Assembly (NCBI GenBank): GCA_030429145.1
Contig: JAUIDC010000001.1
Span: 330,001 to 362,000 of the forward strand
Origin: Candidatus Saccharimonadota bacterium
GTDB lineage: Bacteria > Patescibacteriota > Gracilibacteria > Absconditabacterales > Absconditicoccaceae
Length of the DNA stretch: 32,000 nucleotides
Direction: 5' to 3'
The translations under genes were made by a program, and so were the position numbers. The notes beneath the pieces are model-generated. The model was not told the DNA's origin. It saw only the letters and a program-made list of their open reading frames with translations, and ran no database searches. Positions 27,962 through 32,000 of the stretch are shown here, piece after piece; within the stretch, counting starts at the first letter, position 1, and the number at the start of each line of letters is the position of its first letter.

Positions 27962-28300
27962 TTATTTATTATCTAAAACTACTCTTACAAATGCTCTATG
28001 TTTCACGTATCCGTGAATTCTTGATCTTGCTACAAATCTACTTCTCTTCAACTTTGGTCCGCGACCCACAGTGATATGTGAGATATAGAGCGTTTGTGCA
28101 TTCTGTCCAGCATTGTTTACTGCATTTGCCTGTGCTGACTTGATCACCTTCCAAAGCATTTTTGCAGAAGCTTTTGGCGTATGCTCAAGGATAGTGAGTG
28201 CCTCATCGACATTCTTTCCTTGTACGAGCTTTGCCACAAGCTGCATCTTCTTGTAAGATGTGAGCGCATATTTCAGTGTTGCTGTAAGACTTTTATTCAT
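27962..28300 (-). CDS. rplV: 50S ribosomal protein L22 (uL22)
   Basis: ...KM.LVA.L++GK.V.EAL.IL......K.A......+KSA.ANA.NN...........V..GP.LKR...RA.GR. 112 aa. Confidence 0.92.
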   Translation of the reverse strand: MNKSLTATLKYALTSYKKMQLVAKLVQGKNVDEALTILEHTPKASAKMLWKVIKSAQANAVNNAGQNAQTLYISHITVGRGPKLKRSRFVARSRIHGYVKHRAFVRVVLDNK

Positions 28301-28336
28301 GATAACAACAATTATTGAACCAATAAAACAGTAGAA

Positions 28337-28594
28337 TTAGAACGGATGTCCTCTAAATGATCTTGTCAGTACAAACTCTCCGAGTCTATGACCAATCATT
28401 TCTTCATTGATATAGAGACTAACAAAGCTTTTACCGTTGTGGACAGCCAATGTGAAACCAACCATCTCAGGAGTGATCTGGCTTGCTCTGTCCCACACCT
28501 TAATTACCTTTTTATCTCCGCTTGCTGTCATCTTTTCTATCTTTTTAGCAAGCTTCTCGTTGACGTAAAAGCCTTTTTTTAGCGATCTTGTCAT
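28337..28594 (-). CDS. rpsS: 30S ribosomal protein S19 (uS19)
   Basis: [11 protein letters not shown]...L..K+.........IK.W.R.S.I.PEMVG.T.AVHNGK.F..+.I.E.M+GH+LGEF. 85 aa. Confidence 0.94.
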   Translation of the reverse strand: MTRSLKKGFYVNEKLAKKIEKMTASGDKKVIKVWDRASQITPEMVGFTLAVHNGKSFVSLYINEEMIGHRLGEFVLTRSFRGHPF

Positions 28595-28627
28595 GTAAAC
28601 AATATAGACAAATAAATGAGATATATG

Positions 28628-29473
28628 TTAGTTCTTCGTTCTCTTCGAAACGATGAATTTCGTTGACCATTTCTTCTTGCTTCTTGTTTTCTTTCCGAGC
28701 GGCACTGGACGTCCATTGAAGGCCTTCGGGAATCTCAGACCAATCTCGGCATGTCCTTCTCCACCACCATGAGGATGGTCTACCGGATTCATAGACTTAC
28801 CAAGTACGTGAGGTTTAATACCCTTCCATCTCTGTCTTCCAGCCTTACCGATAACGATGTTTTTATGATCTTCGTTACCAAGTTGACCAATAGTAGCAAA
28901 ACATTTTTCATCGAACTTTCTTACCTCTCCAGACGGCATCTTAATAAACACCAACTGCTGACCCTCATCTTTACCGACAATCTCTCCATACAAACCAGCC
29001 GACTTGATCACCTTTCCTTTCGTGAAAGGCGTAAACTCAAGATTGAATATCTGAAACCCTTCTGGAATGTCTTTCAGTTGCTTTCTGTTTCCAGAAGTCA
29101 AAGCAGCCTGATCACCAGTCATGAAGCTATCTCCTACCGCGATACCTTTCCAAGCAAGCACATATCTTTTCTCTCCATCTGCAAAGCTTACAAGAGCGAT
29201 ACGAACAGTTCTGTACGGATCATATTCGATAGCAGTCACTTTTGCAGGTATATTCATTTTGTCATACCCTCTAAAGTCAACTATACGATAGAGCTTCTTG
29301 TGTCCTCCCCCTCTAAATCTCGATGTCGTTCTACCATACTGGTTTCTTCCAGCAGTAGAACCAATCGTCTTAGTGAGAGATTTCTCTGGTCTCTTCTTTG
29401 TGATATCAGAAAAGTCATATCCTACCATAGAACGTCTTGAGGGAGTGTATGGTTTATACGTTTTCACAGCCAT
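28628..29473 (-). CDS. rplB: 50S ribosomal protein L2 (uL2)
   Basis: MAVKTYKPYTPSRR......RGGGHKK.YR.+DF.R...........IEYDP.R.A.IAL...DGEKRY.LA; MNPVDHPHGGGEG. 281 aa. Confidence 0.95.
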   Translation of the reverse strand: MAVKTYKPYTPSRRSMVGYDFSDITKKRPEKSLTKTIGSTAGRNQYGRTTSRFRGGGHKKLYRIVDFRGYDKMNIPAKVTAIEYDPYRTVRIALVSFADGEKRYVLAWKGIAVGDSFMTGDQAALTSGNRKQLKDIPEGFQIFNLEFTPFTKGKVIKSAGLYGEIVGKDEGQQLVFIKMPSGEVRKFDEKCFATIGQLGNEDHKNIVIGKAGRQRWKGIKPHVLGKSMNPVDHPHGGGEGHAEIGLRFPKAFNGRPVPLGKKTRSKKKWSTKFIVSKRTKN

Positions 29474-29523
29474 AATTACGAGAGTTACGTTGATGATAAA
29501 TAGAAGTTATTTTTGAATAGTGA

Positions 29524-29871
29524 TTAGTCTGCTAGAGATATTTTGTCTCCTTTTTTAAGAGAAACAACAGCCTTTTTGTAAGAGCGTCTTACCAGACTTC
29601 TATTTGCTCTCCCCTTCTCTTTTACCCAAGAGATATTTACAGAAGACGGAGTTACATTGTACACAGTCTGGATAGCCTGCTTCACATCAATCTTGTTTGC
29701 ATCAGAGTGTACTTTGAACATGTACTTGTGAGCACCATCTCCTTCTGTTCCCGCATATGCTTTTTCAGTCACAAGCGGAGCAAGGATGATCTGATACGGA
29801 CTGAGCTTAGCAAGAGCTTTTGGCGATGAAGCCTTTTTTGCTCTCTGTCTGAGTATTTGCTTAAATGTCAT
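29524..29871 (-). CDS. rplW: 50S ribosomal protein L23 (uL23)
   Basis: ...ILAPLVTEKA......KY.FKV...ANK..+K.A+..+Y.V....VN... I chose the ATG at 29871. The alternative ATG at 29913 would overlap the rplD 3' end by 11 nt. Confidence 0.85.
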   Translation of the reverse strand: MTFKQILRQRAKKASSPKALAKLSPYQIILAPLVTEKAYAGTEGDGAHKYMFKVHSDANKIDVKQAIQTVYNVTPSSVNISWVKEKGRANRSLVRRSYKKAVVSLKKGDKISLAD

Positions 29872-29902
29872 GGTAACAAAACGATAATCTTTAAATGAGT
29901 TT

Positions 29903-30538
29903 TTATGATACAAGCTTCTCTATCTTTTCCATAGATCCCTCTAGAAGAAGAATCTTGTCGTACTGCAGAAGATCAACAGGATTGATATAATCAGCAAGGA
30001 TAGACTTTGTACGAGGAATGTTGTTAAATGACTTTATAACGATCTCGTCCTTTTCAGGCATAACAATAAGCGTCTTATTGTTGCTTAGCCCAATCTTACC
30101 AAGAACGCTTGCAGCGTCCTTTGTCTTGATAGCCTTCAACGGAGTTGCCTCGAGCCCCATAAGTTGCTCGTTCTTAGCCTTGAGAGTAATGATACCACAC
30201 AATGCAAGCTTCTTCATCTTCTTGTTCATTGTCTTAGAGTGGTTCACATCATTTCTTGGACCAAAAGCAACACCTCCATGTCTTCTGATTGGAGAGCTAG
30301 CCTCACCCACTCTTGCATTACCAGTTCCTTTCTGTCTGTAGAGTTTTCTACCAGACCCCGTTACCTCTGCTCTTGTCTTTGTGTGAGCGATAGGATGACG
30401 AGCGTTTGCCTGTTGCAGGAGAAAGAACTCATGAATAAGGTCGTCGTTGATTCTCTCATCATTGAAGAGAGCCTCATTGAGCGACAACTTCCCCGTTGCC
30501 TTTCCATCTTTATTGTAAACTTGTATTGTATATGTCAT
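29903..30538 (-). CDS. rplD: 50S ribosomal protein L4 (uL4)
   Basis: ...H.KTRAEV.GSGRK.+RQKGTG.AR.G...SP..R.GGVAFGP. 211 aa. Confidence 0.93.
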   Translation of the reverse strand: MTYTIQVYNKDGKATGKLSLNEALFNDERINDDLIHEFFLLQQANARHPIAHTKTRAEVTGSGRKLYRQKGTGNARVGEASSPIRRHGGVAFGPRNDVNHSKTMNKKMKKLALCGIITLKAKNEQLMGLEATPLKAIKTKDAASVLGKIGLSNNKTLIVMPEKDEIVIKSFNNIPRTKSILADYINPVDLLQYDKILLLEGSMEKIEKLVS

Positions 30539-30573
30539 TGTTACATACCATCGGAAGAATAAATACTATATGA

Positions 30574-31176
30574 TTATGCGTAGAGCGAAAGAAGACTATT
30601 GTATGCCCCTGGCACAGACCCTTTCACTGCGATAAACTTATCATCTCCAATAGTGAGAATATCAACTACTGGTCTTTCATGAAGCGTTACTGTTTCAAGT
30701 CCCATGTGACCCGCATGAGGATGTCCTTTCTGAACTCTTCTTGGCTTTCTATTACCCAAAGAACCTACGTGTCTATGGAATTTAGAACCATGAGTCTTAG
30801 GACCTCCAGCAAGACCAAATCTTCTGATAGCACCCTGATATCCTTTACCCTTTGAGACGCCAGTCAGTGAGACCTTTTCAACACCCTCAAGAAGAGAAAC
30901 GTCAACAGCCGTACCTGCTGTAAACTTTTCTTTGAACTCATCACTTACAGGGAACTCTTTCATCCAAGCGTAAGCGATCTTTTGCCCCTTTTCTTTCTGG
31001 AGTTCTTTCTTGCCACCCGCTAAGATAGCAGCCTCATATCCATCCTTTTCTTGGGTCTTATATCTGACCACCTCCTGTGGAACAATCTGCAATAGCGTTA
31101 CCGCCGTATGCACATCATCCATCCAGAGCTTCGTCATCTCTTTTTTTCTGACCATTAGTCAACCTTTATTAGCCAT
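30574..31176 (-). CDS. rplC: 50S ribosomal protein L3 (uL3; 200 aa, table 25)
   Basis: The start MANKG-G-LMVRKKEMTKLW is recovered by reading TGA at 31159-31161 as Gly (consensus M.KG+LG+K.GMT.I+). Core ...G.SKGKG+QG.++R.......THGS..HR..GS.G. The track ORF starts 7 codons late. Confidence 0.92.
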
Positions 31177-31235
31177 TGGTGTTAGAAATATTTTTTAGAG
31201 TAAAACATTCATCTTTATGCACTATCTTGTATTCT

Positions 31236-31556
31236 TTAGAAAACCTTCACCTCTACAGACACACCAACAGGTATTGAGAGATTTTGAAGATATTCTATCG
31301 TCTTAGGTCCTGTTTCCACCACATCAATGAGTCTTGCATACGTGGTTCTCTCAAACTGCTCTCTTGCATTTTTATAGACAAAGTTTGATCTAAGCACAGT
31401 ATACAGCTTTCTCTGTTTTGGAAGCGGGATTGGCCCTTTCATTTTTGCTCCTGACTTCACAAGAAGGCCGATGATTTTGCTTGCTGAGTTCTCAAGCATT
31501 TTAACATCATAACTCTTCAGTTTAATTCTGAGCTTTGGAGATTTTGCTTCTGCCAT
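31236..31556 (-). CDS. rpsJ: 30S ribosomal protein S10 (uS10)
   Basis: LRIKLKSYD...L+.S...I..........GPIPLP......TVLRS.....K+REQFE.RT+.RLID+. 106 aa. Confidence 0.94.
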   Translation of the reverse strand: MAEAKSPKLRIKLKSYDVKMLENSASKIIGLLVKSGAKMKGPIPLPKQRKLYTVLRSNFVYKNAREQFERTTYARLIDVVETGPKTIEYLQNLSIPVGVSVEVKVF

Positions 31557-31668
31557 ACCAGTTGTTGTTGTGAGGAAAACTAAATATTTTTATAGTAGAC
31601 ATAGACACAGAGAGGAGCTTGTTTCAGCCCCACTCCGCAATCCAACCATCTACATTATGATTATCAAA

Positions 31669-32000
31669 TTACTCGATGATCTTAGTGATAACTCCGGCAC
31701 CAACAGTTCTACCACCCTCACGGATAGCAAATCTGAGACCTTCTTCCATAGCGATCTTGTAGATAAGCTCTACGTTGATCTTAGCGTTGTCACCAGGCAT
31801 GATCATCTCTCTTCCTTCTTCGAGAGAAACAGAACCTGTTACGTCAGTTGTTCTGATGAAGAACTGAGGCTTATAACCAGACATGAAAGGAGTATGTCTA
31901 CCACCCTCTTCTTTCTTAAGCACGTACACCTCTGCTTCGAACTTCTTGTGAGGTTTTACAGAACCTGGCTTAGCAAGAACCTGACCTCTTTCAACTTCGT
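31669..32000 (-). CDS. tuf: Elongation factor Tu, C-terminal part (5' end beyond the window)
   Basis: ...[43 protein letters not shown]...MPGDN....[27 protein letters not shown]+.KI.E. TAA stop at 31669-31671. Confidence 0.95.
   Translation of the reverse strand, partial: EVERGQVLAKPGSVKPHKKFEAEVYVLKKEEGGRHTPFMSGYKPQFFIRTTDVTGSVSLEEGREMIMPGDNAKINVELIYKIAMEEGLRFAIREGGRTVGAGVITKIIE

Noticed and set aside
1279-31176. Translation table 4 (UGA=Trp, as in Mycoplasma-like organisms) as the explanation for in-frame TGA.
   Set aside because: The TGA positions correspond to Gly in well-known motifs (MGQK of uS3, ADNSGAK of uL14, GxIPGxKKASW of uS14, ExFG of GT4, GxGP of RseP). TGG is used for Trp at ordinary frequencies.
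20616-31198. Many long antisense or alternate-frame ORFs across the ribosomal cluster (e.g. 28751-29440 at 229 aa, 26784-27200, 30164-30562, 22826-23149, 25908-26273).
   Set aside because: Each lies within, or almost entirely within, a confidently identified ribosomal protein gene or secY, either on the opposite strand or in an alternate frame of the same strand. Their translations are low-complexity Ser/Leu-rich shadow sequences.

Overview
This window appears to come from a reduced-genome Patescibacteria/CPR-type bacterium that reads UGA as glycine (translation table 25, known from Gracilibacteria/BD1-5 and Absconditabacteria/SR1). The supplied standard-code ORF track is therefore heavily fragmented. 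Reading TGA as Gly restores about 18 genes to full length (about 57 sense TGA counted by hand), and TAA/TAG are the only stops. Left to right the window holds: the 5' ~890 nt of a 23S rRNA (minus strand) with no 16S or spacer tRNAs upstream; a GT4 glycosyltransferase; two secreted T4SS-pilin-like (TrbC/VirB2-like) membrane proteins behind a consensus promoter, the second an internal triplication; murF; several lineage-specific hypothetical and membrane proteins; a 49-aa lmo0937-family ORF that the track missed; tRNA-Lys(UUU); an unusual ribosomal-protein string rpsL-rpsG-[two unknown small basic ORFs]-rplS-rplY-rpmB; a DUF1003 protein; an RseP-type site-2 protease; TatD; a fused polytopic-membrane/spermidine-synthase-like protein; a 764-aa membrane-anchored orphan; a PolB-exo-like DEDDy exonuclease; and a class I methyltransferase. 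The minus strand from 20.6 to 32.0 kb carries the complete tuf-S10-spc cluster (rpsJ...rplO-secY), which lacks rpmD (L30) and ends at secY. I saw no CRISPR array, mobile element or recognisable defence system. The most unusual items are the recoding itself, the triplicated pilin-like gene, the unknown small basic ORFs among ribosomal genes, and one Shine-Dalgarno-bearing, TGA-free gene in an otherwise SD-less window. All calls rest on by-eye translation and motif recognition; no searches were run.
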